A stretch of DNA of 64,000 bases, from assembly GCF_001194135.2 (NCBI RefSeq), contig NC_068991.1, positions 40,574,481 to 40,638,480 on the forward strand, read 5' to 3'. The stretch comes from Octopus bimaculoides (lineage: Eukaryota). Under the pieces are notes generated by a model. The model was not told the DNA's origin, did no database searches, and was given only the letters and a program-made list of their open reading frames with translations. The position numbers and the translations under genes were made by a program. Below are positions 24,031 through 38,300 of this stretch, piece by piece. How positions within the stretch are numbered: the first letter of the stretch is position 1; each line of letters opens with the position of its first letter.

Positions 24031-27000
24031 NNNNNNNNNNNNNNNNNNNNNNNNNNNNNNNNNNNNNNNNNNNNNNNNNNNNNNNNNNNNNNNNNNNNNN
24101 NNNNNNNNNNNNNNNNNNNNNNNNNNNNNNNNNNNNNNNNNNNNNNNNNNNNNNNNNNNNNNNNNNNNNNNNNNNNNNNNNNNNNNNNNNNNNNNNNNNN
24201 NNNNNNNNNNNNNNNNNNNNNNNNNNNNNNNNNNNNNNNNNNNNNNNNNNNNNNNNNNNNNNNNNNNNNNNNNNNNNNNNNNNNNNNNNNNNNNNNNNNN
24301 NNNNNNNNNNNNNNNNNNNNNNNNNNNNNNNNNNNNNNNNNNTCAAGGCAGTTTTCCAGCATGACCACAATCCAATGACTGAAACAAGAAAAAGATAAAA
24401 AATATATTAAATTCCTTTAGTCAGTTATAGTTTTCTGAAGATTTCAAATTTTAATGAAAGTATAGACAAGGCATCAGTGGTTTTCTAAAATACAATCTGT
24501 AACAGTTATTTATTTGTTTTATTTAGAAAAGATACTTCTCATGATGTGACTACAAGGAAAGAACGCTTTGAAATTATACAGAAGTTTATTGAGGGTATGT
24601 TGTTTTACTATATTCTTTGTTGTTGTTGTAGTTTTTTGACTCAGTTATTTTGTGATTGTTTCAGTTCTAGTTTGATAAGTATTGTTAGACTATTTTATAG
24701 AGATCATGTATCCCAGGGAAGAAAACTAAATGAAGAAGTGACACTGAGGAGTGTTCAAATGTTCAGTTTAAAGTCACATAAATATCTTCAGTTCACAAAA
24801 AAGCATTGAACTATATCCTTTAAGGAACATAAATTTTGTTTACTTTGTCCTTTCTACGTTATGAATGCATAACAACTGCTATTTGATAGGTGCTCCTTTA
24901 GGAAAATCAGCAGACCACCACTCTCCTTTTGCAATCTCAGGAAGTCACCCACTCACCCTCTCCAGTCACTGGCCTACTCACTGTCACTGGCCTACTCACT
25001 GTCACTGGCCTACTCACTGTCACTTTTCTCTACATCTCACTCTCCACTGAGGCAGTCATGTTTCCCTAGAATGCAAGATTCCTTTATCTGTCTCTCAAGC
25101 CTACTCCCACCTCAATTGAGGGAGTTTGTCTTGCAAGTTACTTTGTGATCTAACTGTTGCTGGTGCCACATAAAAAGCACACAGTGCACTCTGTAAAGTG
25201 GTTAATGTTAGGAAAGACATCCAGCTATAGAAAGCATGACAAAGCAGACAGCAGGAATTGGTGACTTGCCAATTTCTGTGGATCCATTCAATCCATGCCA
25301 GCATGGAAAACAGATGTTGAATGATGATGGACATATAATACTATTCATATAAAACTTTTTAATTTGTTGGCCTCACGGAGGTGAAGTGGCTGAGTGCTTT
25401 TTGAGTGTTGGACCTCACAGAGGCAGTGACCGAGACCTTTGGCATTATATTGTGCTTGAGCACAATCGCAATTGTGGCAGATACCGGTGTCGCACAAATT
25501 GGCACCCATGCCGGTGGTACATAAATGCACCCGAGTGTCACAGAAATGGCACCCGTGCCAGTAGCACATAAAAGCACCCATTACACTCTCAGAGTGATTG
25601 GCATTAAGAAGGGCATCCAACTGTAAAAAGCCATACCAAATTAGACTGGAGTCTAGTGCAGTCTTCCAGTGCCCCAGCCCAGTCAGACCATCCAACACAT
25701 GTCAGCATGGACAACGGACATTAAATGATGATGATGATGATGTATCATATTTACTACCATAGATAAAAATGAATGTAATGAGATTAAAACACCTCTTTAA
25801 TATTGTTTTCAAATTTTGGCACAAGGCCAGTAATTTCGGGGGAGTGGGTTAAGTTGATTACATCGATCCCAGTATTCAACTAGTACTTATTTTATCAACC
25901 CCGAAAGAATGAAAGGCAAAGTCATCCTTGGCAGAATTTGAACTCAGAATGTGAAGATGGATGAATCTCTTTAGTTAATACTAATCCTAGATGATAATCT
26001 TCTAATTTTACTCCTTGTTCTTGCTGGCATGACTAACCGAGAAACAATATCTTTGTTTCTAGATAAATATGATTATAAACTTGTTGAACAAGTAAATTTT
26101 GACAAAGCTGATGAACTGGATTTTGCCAAGGTAAGCTATTTAAGGATGTCATTGGTATATATATACTGTTCGTATCCACATATTTGTGTACAAGTGTTAT
26201 TTTAAATGAGACCATTAAAATATCTTTATTGCTAAACAAATATATTCTCACCATTCTTCCCCCACTCCCCACTAAATATTCATTTTATGAAAAAATATTT
26301 TTTCTATATAGGAAAAAGCAAAATGCATAACACTAAAACTTCTTATGAAAGGTAAGGCACCTTTCACAATACCAGCTTTAATAGTGTGATACTTTAAGTT
26401 CAGAGATCCATAAAGATTACATTTAAACTAGAATTATCCAAGTGTTCCCTCATAGTGTGGCTCCTGTAGTTACATTTGAATTACATATTCAGCTGATAGT
26501 ATACATTATAAAAAGACATCAAGTAAACTGAATAGTTGATTCTACATGCATACATATAGGCATGGTGCAAGATCATTTGTATGTTCATGGTATTGTAGCG
26601 TACACTCTAGTGAAATTCCTCTCCCCTTTATTATATATACAGGCATTCGAGCATAGCAGACAACAGCTAGCTTTTGGCCACTATTTGGACCCCGTTGTAT
26701 CCACTACTCTGACTGGTTCGTATTGACGCAATTTGTCTTTTACTCTCTCACGCCAGTATGTAGCATATAACTAATCGGAGCCCCTAAATAAGATCATGTG
26801 AGACAGCCTTTTTTCAACCCCATTTGAGCCTACTGTTCCTTATAAAAACTCACCTTCTCCTTGACTCAAGGTCTTTGGTTCCTGACCTTTTAAGGTCTAG
26901 CCACTGACCACACAAAACACAACCAGTTCTAGTGACAATGTCAGACGACCCGTCCAACAACATTATGGCAACCTCCATCTTCATTGCCACCATCTTCTTA

Positions 27001-30000
27001 ATGACGTCAACAACATTTCTATGTACACAGCTCAACCAGCAACTAGCACAGGTTCCAACATAGCACTGTTCATGAATTACTTCATTATGGTTAACAGCAA
27101 ATATATAACCTGCGAAAACTCCTGTACAATTAACCCAAGCAGCATCATTACAGCCACAACTTCGTATGGCACATACCACAACTGGCTCTGCATCAACGCC
27201 ACAGCTTCTTGATACAGTATTTCTATTATCGTGTACAATTAACTATGAACTGGTATTTCTAATTCTTGTGTCTACGAACATTCGTTTAACTTCTCATTAT
27301 AGACTCTCTCACTGTTTCTTCCTCATTGTTATTCTTATATGTACTTAACGCACATGCATACATCCATGTCTATACACTTAGTTCTCATGACAGCCTGTCT
27401 ATTATTCTGTATACATGACGCACACACAGACACACAGGTTAACATATCAAATAAAACTTCTCTCAAGCATTCTATCCGGTTGTGTCTCTCTCTTTGCCCA
27501 CTGGCATATATGCATTATTACAGCCTTCTGAACAGAGTTGTTATTAGATGGTTTCACCACCTGAGACCACGACCTTTCAATAATGCTAAACCCAACATTC
27601 TAAATCACCATTCCTTCTAAAATGGTGACCCAACATAGAACATGGACCACCGACCATCTAAAGTATTGTTGCAATATATATACATAATGTGAAGATGCAT
27701 GGTCTAGTGGTTAAGGTGTTGCATTCATGATTGTAAGATCATGGTTTTAATTCCCAGGTCAGGCAATGTGTTGTGTTCTTGAGCAAAACACTTCATTTCA
27801 CATCGGTCCTGTCCACTCAGCAGTAAATGAGTTCCAGCAATAGCTGGGAAGTTAACTCTGCAAAGAAATGGTATCCCATTCAGTGGAGAATGATGTAATC
27901 TTTATTGCATATATCCCATGGAAACCACATTAAGCTCCAGCTTTACAAGTCTTAGGATTCAGCCTCATTGAGGAGATGACAAAAAACTGAGACTTATGGC
28001 AGTTTGTTGTGCTTGAGAAGCTAAGTAAAACTGTGGCCATCCATGCATACAGGCAAGTCCTTTACAACCTGTGCCAGCACAATGTAAAAAGCACCCATGC
28101 TGGTGCCACATAAGAAGCACTTAGTCATGTAAAATGCACTTGTGCCAGTGCCACATAATAAGCACTTGTGCTGATGCTACATAAATAGCACTCATGCCAG
28201 CACCATGTAAGAAGCAGTTATGTCAGCACCAAGTGTAAAGAGCACATATCGGCGCCATGTAAGAGTACCCATGCTGGTGCTATGCGAAAGCGTCCAGCGG
28301 ACTCTGTAAAGTGGTTGTCATTAGAAAGGGGATCCAGCCATAGAAACCTTATCAAAACAGACAAATCATGTCTGGGCAGCTCTCCAATTGGCCAGCTCCT
28401 GTCAAACCGTCCAACCCATGCCAGCATGGAAAACTGACATTAAATGATGATGATGATATATTACTAGCTTGCAGTGAATGTTTTTGTTAAATCAAAAGTT
28501 GATTGTATTCTGTAATTGGATTATTTCAGATTGCTGTGCTTGTGTTGGCAGCTGGGGTAAAAGGGGAACCTCAGGAAGAATTCATGAAGGCAGCACTCTC
28601 ATTGAATGTGCAGTCACAATTAGAGATAATGAGCATTTTAAAGCAAGCCTTAACTCTTCCTTTATATAATCTTCAACTAGATAATCTCTTCACCCATAAA
28701 CATTGTGAGTAATTTTTATGTCTTTTTCATTTTTGGCTCAATTTCCATCTATAAATATATTTTCCATCATATCATTTCCTCACATAGATTTTGCCCACTT
28801 ATCTGCTATGGTGGAAAGGGCATGGACTTAGAAAGGATTTCTATGACTGTATAATAAGAAAAGATAATGAAGATTTGTAGATATCTAATTCCCAACAGAT
28901 TTATCAGTTTCATTAAGCTTCTATATTGCTAAGTTTTTTGACGAACACTTCATAAAACATGAAAATGTATGTGAATAATCATGGCATAATCATTAGCAAT
29001 ACAATTTTAGGAGAGTGGGTTATATATCATTAGATATACACCTAACTTTCCTACATTAAATTAGAAGTGAACTGAACACAGAAACTCCAAACTGATCAAC
29101 AACAACAAATATTTATTGTACGGTGGAAAATAAAACAGCTTCCAATTGTCCGGTTTTAGAGTAGCCTGAAATGTAGATATACGGTTCCTCGAGCTGGTGT
29201 CGTTGTAGAGACAACTTGGTTCAACCACACTCAAATGGGAGAGCTTGCTTAGACGTCTTGCTTGGTCGCTGTCAGGCTTGGTAAAGAGGCAGACTCATAG
29301 CGGGAACGCTTCGATGTTGAAACCCACGCATGCGTGGTTAAGGATTCAGCAATGGCGCCTATGCCTTTTGGTGCCAATATGACGTCACTACACAATTATT
29401 TTGTGTGAATTCTTACTGCAAGCACTAGGAATTAAGAAACTATATGTGCTCATTGGAACCTCAAAGCAGTCTCTTACTCTACTTAAAATAACAACTATAT
29501 CTCCTTCAAATCCAGCCAACTGCCTAAAAAAAAACAAAAAAGAAAGAACACTAATAATGTAGTTCAAGACACATTATACTTAACAAAACAGATTGATCTT
29601 GGCTGCAATATGAGGATGGGCTGAAAAGTTCATTGGCTGACTATGAAGGAGTGATGCTAGAGCAGTGAGATCTTGCATACATTAATTTCAACTCTCCTTA
29701 TTAATAACTGTATTGTTTCTTTTCAGGTAAACTGACATCTCACTATTCAAAGAAGACTTCAGAAGTAACTAGTAGTGACTTTTCTTAAAAATCAGCAAAA
29801 TTTGGCACCATCATGTTATCAAGTACCTGCAGAAAAAGGCGTTTAGCCCCAAGGAGATTCATACTGACATGGTTGCTACATTAGGGGACGACACTCCAGC
29901 TTTATCCACAATGCAAAAGTGGGCAGCTGAATTTAGGAGGGAAACAGGGAGTCTTGAAAATGACCCAAGGTTTGGTTGTCCTGTAACTATCACCACCAAG

Positions 30001-32308
30001 GAAAACATTGTTCATGTTCACTACATGGTGATTACCCCATGAGAGGGTTGAGAATGTTCTGCACAATGAACTTGGCATATTGAAAGTTTCTGTTTGGTGA
30101 GTGCCACGTCTTCTGACACCTGCTCAAAAGTGCACCAGGCTGATGACATCACAAGAAAATCTGAGACATTGTTTGAGGCAGATCCAGCTGGTTTCCACAA
30201 ACATTTCCTAACCCAGGATGAGTGTTGTGTTCATGACTTTGAACCAGAGACAATGTATTCAGTGGAAACACCTCTCCTGCTCCAAAGAAAGCCAAGGTTG
30301 TTCCACCTGCAGGGTAGGTGATGGCCTCAGTGTTTTGGGATGCAAAAGGCATTGTGTTTATTGTCTATTTTCAAAAGAGTCAATAGAGAGTACTCTGCCA
30401 ATTTGCCAAAGAAGTTATGAAAGGTTATCAAGACCAAATGTCCAGGAAAACTGCAGAAAGGATCTGGTTTCCTCAGGACAATGCTCCAGCATTGATTTCA
30501 ATGGTTCCTGTGCATGACTGTGGCTTTGAACTGGCTGATCACCCTCCCTATTCTTCTGAATTGGTGCCATCTGAGTATCATCTGTTCCCCAACATGAAAA
30601 ATCACTTGGCCGGAAACCAGTATCGCAGTGATGATGACATCATATCTACTGTTGATAACTCTTTTGAGCAACTGGATGAAAGCTACTTCACCAAAGGGAT
30701 CCATGCACTGCAGCACTGATGGAAGAAGGGTGTGGAGTGCAAGGGGAGCTATGTTGAAAGATAAATCTCATTTGGTCACATTCCATGAGAGTATCTTGGT
30801 CAGCCTATGAACTTTTCAGCTGACCCTTGTACCTGATTATAGATCTGACTGATCAGTACTGAGCCAAGGCTAAACTACAACTTCTATCAAAAATGTAATT
30901 TTATTAATTTTATACCAAAAGCAAATCTCTATGGGCAAAAACTATTCTTGTGTTCTTGACCAACATTGTGCATACTTAAATCTGATGACTTTTATTTGAA
31001 ATAAAAACTATCTATTGGTGATATAGAGTTACTTCATTACATCTTATGATTTCTATATTAATCTGTCATTTTACAATTTTCCAGTGGAAATCTTTGACTC
31101 AGAGAATAATGAACATTCAGGTCAGTTTATTGCTTATATTAGAATCTAATTATATCATCATCATCATCATTTAACTTCCATTATCCATGCTGGCATGGGT
31201 TGGACGGTTTAACTAGGGCTGGTAAGCTGAGGGGCTGCACCAGACTCCAGTCTAATTTGGCATGGTTTCTATGGTTGGATGCCCTTCCTAACACCAACCA
31301 CTCTGATGTGTAATGGGTGCTTTTCATGTGCCACCAGCATGGGTGCTAGTTACATGACACCTGCATCAACCACAACTACAATTTCACTTGGCTTGATGGG
31401 TCTTCTAAAGCATGGCATATCTCCAGAGGTCTCAGTCATTAGTCATTGCCTCCATAAGGCCCAACGTTCAAAGATCATGCTTCACCAGCTTGTCCCATGT
31501 TTTCTTGGGTCTACCTCTTCCACAGGTTCCCTCCACAGTTAGAGATCAGCACTTCTTTATACAGCTATCCTCGTCCACACGTATTACATGACCATATCAG
31601 TACAGTCATCTCTTGCACATCACATCTGATGCCTCTTATGCCCAACTTTTTTCTCAAGATGCTCACACTCTATCATACATGCACACTAACATTGCACATC
31701 CAGTGAAGATGCTAGCTTCATTTCTTACAAGCCTACACATGTCCTCAGCAATCACAGCCCATGTTTCACTGCCATGTAGCATAGCTGTAAATACACAGGC
31801 ATCATACAATCTGCCTTTCACTCTGAGTGAGAGGCCCTTTGTTGCCAAGAGGTAGAAGCTCTTTGGACTTTACCCAGTTTATTTCTGTGAAATATTAGAA
31901 AACTTTTGAACTGTTATTTGTCATGATTTATTAACAAATCAAAGGACAACTTGGAAAATTCTTGAAACATGTGCCACTACTGGGCAAGATGATGTCCATG
32001 GAAGAAAATTCTAATCTCAACTTGCACAGTCACAATATGGAAAATTATAACCATACTGCGATAATCAATGTGTACTCTTAATAATAACCAAGTCAATATA
32101 GGAAATTATCGCTGAACTGTTATAATTATGATGAATGTATGGTCCCATAATAACTTTTTAAATCAGGTGAGAACTGAAAATAAAGCAAATTTGTTTGTCC
32201 CATCTTTCATGGTATGAAAATGTCATGTAAATGGAATGGCCAACTATGACAGAAAAGAAGAGTGTGATTGACGTGAAACATAGGGAAATAAAAACTGATG
32301 AGGCTAAC

Positions 32309-32346
<38 letters not shown>

Positions 32347-35300
32347 TGATGAGATGGGATGATGAGATAGAAAACAGGATTGAGAGGAATGATAACATAC
32401 TATACTGAAAACCTGTCCGACACCAAATAACAGTTGCTAAAATGTTAAAATGATGATTATGATGAAGTATAAATACTATATTTATGTGTGTGTATATACA
32501 AGAAAATAAGTTTTCTTTTTTTTTCACATTTTATGTAGGCACAGGCATGGCTGTGTGATAAGAGGCTTGTTTCCTAATCATGTGGTTTTGGGTTCAGATC
32601 TACTGTGCAGCACCTTGGGCAATTGTCTTCCACTATAGCCCCAGGCCAACCAAAGCATTGTGACTGAGTCTGGTGGATGGAAACTGAAAGAAGCCTGTTA
32701 TATATATATATATACGTTTGTGTATCTTTATGTTTGCTCACCACTAACACTTGACAATTGGTGTTGGCTTGTTTATGTCCCCATAACTTAGCAATTCAGC
32801 AAAAACAGACTGATATGATATAGGCTTAAAAATAAGCATTGGGGTTGATTTATTCAACTAAACCCTTCAAGGTAGTGACCCAGCAAAACCACAGTCCTAA
32901 GACTGAAACAATTAAATGATATAAAAGATATATTAGTTGACACATAAAGAAAAGAAAAGAATTGAAAATGCACTTAGAGTCTTTAAGAAAATTCATTTAT
33001 ATTTTCTCAAACTCCATCTCACACTACTATTGAAAATCATGGTATTGTAAAACCAGATATGCAAATGTAAGTAAATCTTCTTAACTATCTCAGACCTGGG
33101 CTTCTGTGTCCAGTCATTTAAGCGAAGTCATTTTGAGTAAAGTTAAAATTACAAGCATTTTGAGTGCTGCCTATTAAGCAATGTCAATTTGAGTGAAGTT
33201 GATAAAAATAAAAATTTAATAGAAATTTACAAATTTTTTTGTATGAATAATTACGCCTTCACAACATATAAATAAAGAATTATTAAAAATTAACACATTT
33301 TATTGTAGAATGAACTAAAAATTCACAACATTTAAAATTAAAAAAATTAATTCTAGAAAGAATAAAAATTCAAAAAGTAACATTGTAGACAAGGTGACTA
33401 AGATAATCTGTAATTTCTAAATCTTTTGATTCAATAATGCTTTTAATTCTTCTTTCTAAATTCACATATTTCCTCTTCTTTAGTGCAGGTTCTCTTGAAT
33501 AAATTCCAAAATATTCCATCTTTTTTAGGCTCTCTTCCCTTCTTAAAGCCTCTATTAAGAGCAAAACTGTTAGGTGACTACAAGATAGACTGCCTTGGAA
33601 AGCAGTGTGCCATCCTTCTATGGCATTATTTGTTTGTGGGAGATCCATCTGAAGCCTTCTAAAAATGTTCCACAATAATATTGGAAATTTAGATTTTCTT
33701 CTACGGTTGTTTGCCAATGGGTGGCCAATATAATTATCTTCAAAATAATCGAAAATAATGTCAAGTTCTTCATCATAATTTTCCAATTCACGTTTGGCTT
33801 GAAACCCTGCTATGACATCATCTGTAGGGAGAAATGCTAATCATTTTGATTAGCATTCAAACATTTTCTTCATTAACATATCTTTCTCTTAAAGCTTCAT
33901 CGGTAATCTTTCTCCATATACTCTGTCCCAAATGGAAGAAACATCCTGCTTGAGTGTAGAAATGTGAGTGTTATTGCATTTCTTGTAGCAATTTCAAAGT
34001 CTATTAAGATGGAGACAGGATCTAGCAAAAGCTCTATTTCTTTCAGTATAGTGAATATTGCTGTGTAACTTACCTCACATTTATTCTTAAGTAAAGCATA
34101 TATACAAAGTATTACACTTTCCTTTATCAATGCATGCATTGTAAAAATTGGTAGGAAAATACTTGGAGTCATTTTGAAAGTTCTGTCAGCTAACCATTGA
34201 TGATTGATTCTCAGCCTGGTAAAACTTTCATTAGTACAAAAAATTATTATTCTTTTCTCATCACTTATACCACTGTCATTGAGAATAAAATTATCACCCA
34301 TGAAAGTAGACCACAAGGATTCCAGAATAATGATAGATGCAGCTAATTGAGGGGGTGGAGGGTAATTCCCCATAGTGCTTTGCCTCCTAGATACGGTATG
34401 TTTTAATTTTGTTCCCAATTTGATCTTTGCTGCAAGTTTGTTTTGTAGACCAGCAATGGCATCTTGGAGTATGTATCTCAATGGATCATGCATTGTTACA
34501 GCAGCTTTGCAGACTTTCTTCAACTTTTTCCTCACTGACTTTAACAGGTTCAGGAGCATGCGAGTATTCTCATTTCCCAGTGCAATTTCTATCCTTTTCG
34601 TATTCCAAAGAGGTATTCAACTGTCCTTTGCAACCTTTCATTACGCCATGTAATTGTGGTTTGAGTAGCTTTATCCTTTTTATAGATGAAACCATTATAG
34701 GCTATTTTGTTTTTGCCATGATTCAAAACAATAATGTCCATGATAAGTTAGCTACAGATGCTTCTAATAAAATTTGAATAACTGATTTTTAAAAAAAATC
34801 AAGGTCATTTAAATTAATACCCATCAATTGCTGATGTCGGTTGCAATATATGTAATAGTATATATTTCGCTTAAAACTAACCTTTGCTGAAAGTACTGTT
34901 CACTCATAATGTTTCACTTAAAAATGACTTTGCTAAAAATTAACTTTGTACAAAATGACTTCGCTAAAAATTATCTTTGCTAAAAGTGAACGGAACCATC
35001 TAACTTTACCCTCCACCTGGTTTCCTGAGCAAAAGAAAGTAAATAGGTGCATATACAGCTCAAGAGTAATGATTGCAAAAAAGCTAATGGACAGAATCAC
35101 AAAAAAATTCAGGCAAACAACAATAATAAGCCTATCTCTCAAAAACCATGTTTTTTCATTGCAGGCTAACTAATGGACTGAATCACAAAAAGAAAAACTC
35201 AGAAGAATAACAATAATAAGCCTATCTCTCTACTATTGTATTTGTTCGCCCTAATCTCTATACTTTCCTCATCACTTTCACTAGTTTGATTGTCCAAATC

Positions 35301-38300
35301 TCCCTCATTGTCTGTGTAAGGATAAACTCTTTGTCCAATGAATAAATAACATCAATAATTTCCTCAATTGCAAGGAGTCTAGGCCTTGCTCATTTACCAG
35401 ACAAATGCTGGGTTCATCACATATTTGTTTTGTTGCAAAAACCTGTTTTTTTCTTTTATTGAAAATAAAAGAAAAAAAACCTGTTTTTTCTTTTATTGAA
35501 AATAAAAGTAAACAGCAGCTATGGAGGATACCAATGAGTCATAAACACTCAATTACAAAGTTGCAATGTGATCAGTTGTCTGTTTTTAGTGTTTTGTCTT
35601 CTTTTTCTCTGTGTGTGTTGTTCATTACCACTTTACTGAGAATCCAGTAGAGGTTTCATTTATTTTATTCCTGCTTTTCAACTATTTTTCGTCATATATA
35701 AATAAATATATTTATTTGATTTTGAAGATTCACCTCAGTACTGCTTCAACTTTCTCACTTATGTGCATTTATTCAAGCATATAAATGAGATTCAGATTAA
35801 TACTTAGAGAATCATCAGCTTCAAATGAATAAACTCTCCCACCTATATTGAGTACATTTTCCACTATTTGTACAACAAACCCTTCTCTGTCTTTATATAT
35901 GTATAAATATATATATGTGTATGATGAGTATATAGGGATAAATTATCCAGGTGGATACTGTAAGAGCTCTCAGGTATAGTCCAGGTTCTGGCTAGTCAAA
36001 ACAAGTAGTAAGAAGCATCAAGGATTGTTTAGGGGGAGCAATCCCACTGTAATTATTCTGATGGGTAAATCAAGGTTCACTTTGCTGGATTATGAATTTT
36101 TTCATAGAATTACAAAGAATACAGTAACTGGTACATCTTCAAACTTTTCTGTTAATTTAACAGTTAATTGTACAGCGTAATTAGTTAGTTAAACTAACTA
36201 TCAATCTCTTGTACCAAACTGCTAAGCTACAAAGACATAAACCAACACCAGTTGTATAGCAGTGGTGGAGGACAAATACATACACACACACACACGCATA
36301 TATATGTATATATTGAGTCATCCCATAAATAATGCAGTTTTTTCATTTGTATGAACTAAAAGTTGGAGAGGGATGGGATAAACTACCTGTATCAACTTGC
36401 TATAAAAGCAAGCAGTAATTTTACATTGTTCTTATTCTTAATGTAAGTATTGAAGAGTGCAGTTCGATTTTAACAGTTATTTTTTCAAAACTATAATGAA
36501 AGTGACAAAGAAGCATATTTTGCTTTATAAGTTCAATAATGGCAACAATGCACCAGAAAGTGTGAGGAATATTAATGCAGTATATGGAGGTCGGACAATA
36601 AGCGTAAGCCAGTTTCAACAGTGATTCCAGAAATTCTGAGCTGAAAACTACAGCCTAGAAGATGAGCCTCATCCTGGAAGATCTGTACAGCTCGACGAAG
36701 ACGTCCTGCAAACGCTGGTAGAACAAAATCCCATCATAACTATTGAGGAACTAGCAGAGAAGCTTGGATTTGGTCGATCAACCGTTCATTGACAACTGTG
36801 TGCCATTGGAAAAGTCAGCAAATTGGGTTAGTGGGTTCCTCACAAACTTTCCAAGTCTAATCATATGCAGAGAGTGAATGTGTTCTCTTCTTTGGTGTCA
36901 CGTCTCATGAATGAACCTTTTTTGGACCAAACAGTGACTGGTGATGAGAAATGGATTCTCTATAAAAATGTCAAGCACTGAAAACAGTGGATGGGGAAAG
37001 GAGAAACACCAGCACCCCTGGCTAAAGGTCTTCACCCATGTAAGGTGTTGTTATCTGTTTGGTGGGATATGAAAGGTTTAGTCCACTTTGAACTTTTAAA
37101 CCCAAATCAAACGATAGCAAAGGAGATCTACTGCAAGCAGCTTGAGAAGCTTAAGTGAGTGCTAGAAGAAAAATAACCATCTTTGGTTTCAAGACGAAAG
37201 GTGTTCTTCCATCAGGATAATGCTCGGCCACATACAGCGAGGATGATATTCCAAAGGCTGGAGCAGTTTGAAAGGGAAACGATGCCCCACCCACCATATT
37301 TGCCGGACATTGCCCCATCTGATTATCATATATTTCACAGTCTTCAAAATCATTTGGATGGAAAAGACATGAATTCTGAAGACAAGTTCAGAACAGTACT
37401 GGAGGAGTATTTTTCCTCATGGACAAGTAAATTTTAGAAGAGGGACCTTGCAAGTCTACCAGATAGATGGAAGAGCATTGTAGCAAATGAAGGAGAGTCT
37501 ACTTTAGATTAAAAAAGAACTTTGTTTATCTTATTTTGTTTTTGGATTTGGTTTGCAAGATTCTTTATGTGAGTTCATGTGTTGAAGCATATTCTGTTGT
37601 GTCTGGAGAGAGTCATTTTCTTTTTGTGCCTTATAATTTAACACACTCACTGGTAAAATTATAAGGCACAAAAAAGAAAATGACTCTCCCCAGACACAAC
37701 AGAATTTGTTTATCTTAATTTTGAAAAATAAAAAAAGTATTAAAAAACTGCATTATTTACGGGATGAAGAATGAATAGAAATGGCTTTTCTGATAATTTT
37801 TCCACTTTAATAATTAGTTGTTTCTAAGTTTACAAATGTGACTCTGATGGTCCCATGTTCTTGTGTGTGTATTTGTGTACATATGTATATGTACACCTCT
37901 CTCTATATGTGCTTATGTAAAGGTATATGTATATATGTGTGTGTTGGTGTTTGTATATGTGTATGCTTATAATTAAACACTCCCTATTTAAGCAGTATAT
38001 AAACTCTAAATTATCAGTTTGAAGACTGTTTTTAAGCAAGAAACTCCCATCAGTGTCATTTATAAACATCTAATTATTAAAGTGGAAAACTATCAGAAAA
38101 TTTATTTCTATTAATTTTTTCAAATATATAATACTGTACCAAGGACATTTTGTTTCTTATTCTACTATACACGCACGCACGCGTGCATCCATAATCACAC
38201 AATGGACTTCCAGAACCATGTGATTTGGAAGCAAACTTCTGACCACACAGTCATGTCTACACTTATATTTTATGTATATCTGTAAATTGTTTTTCATCTA

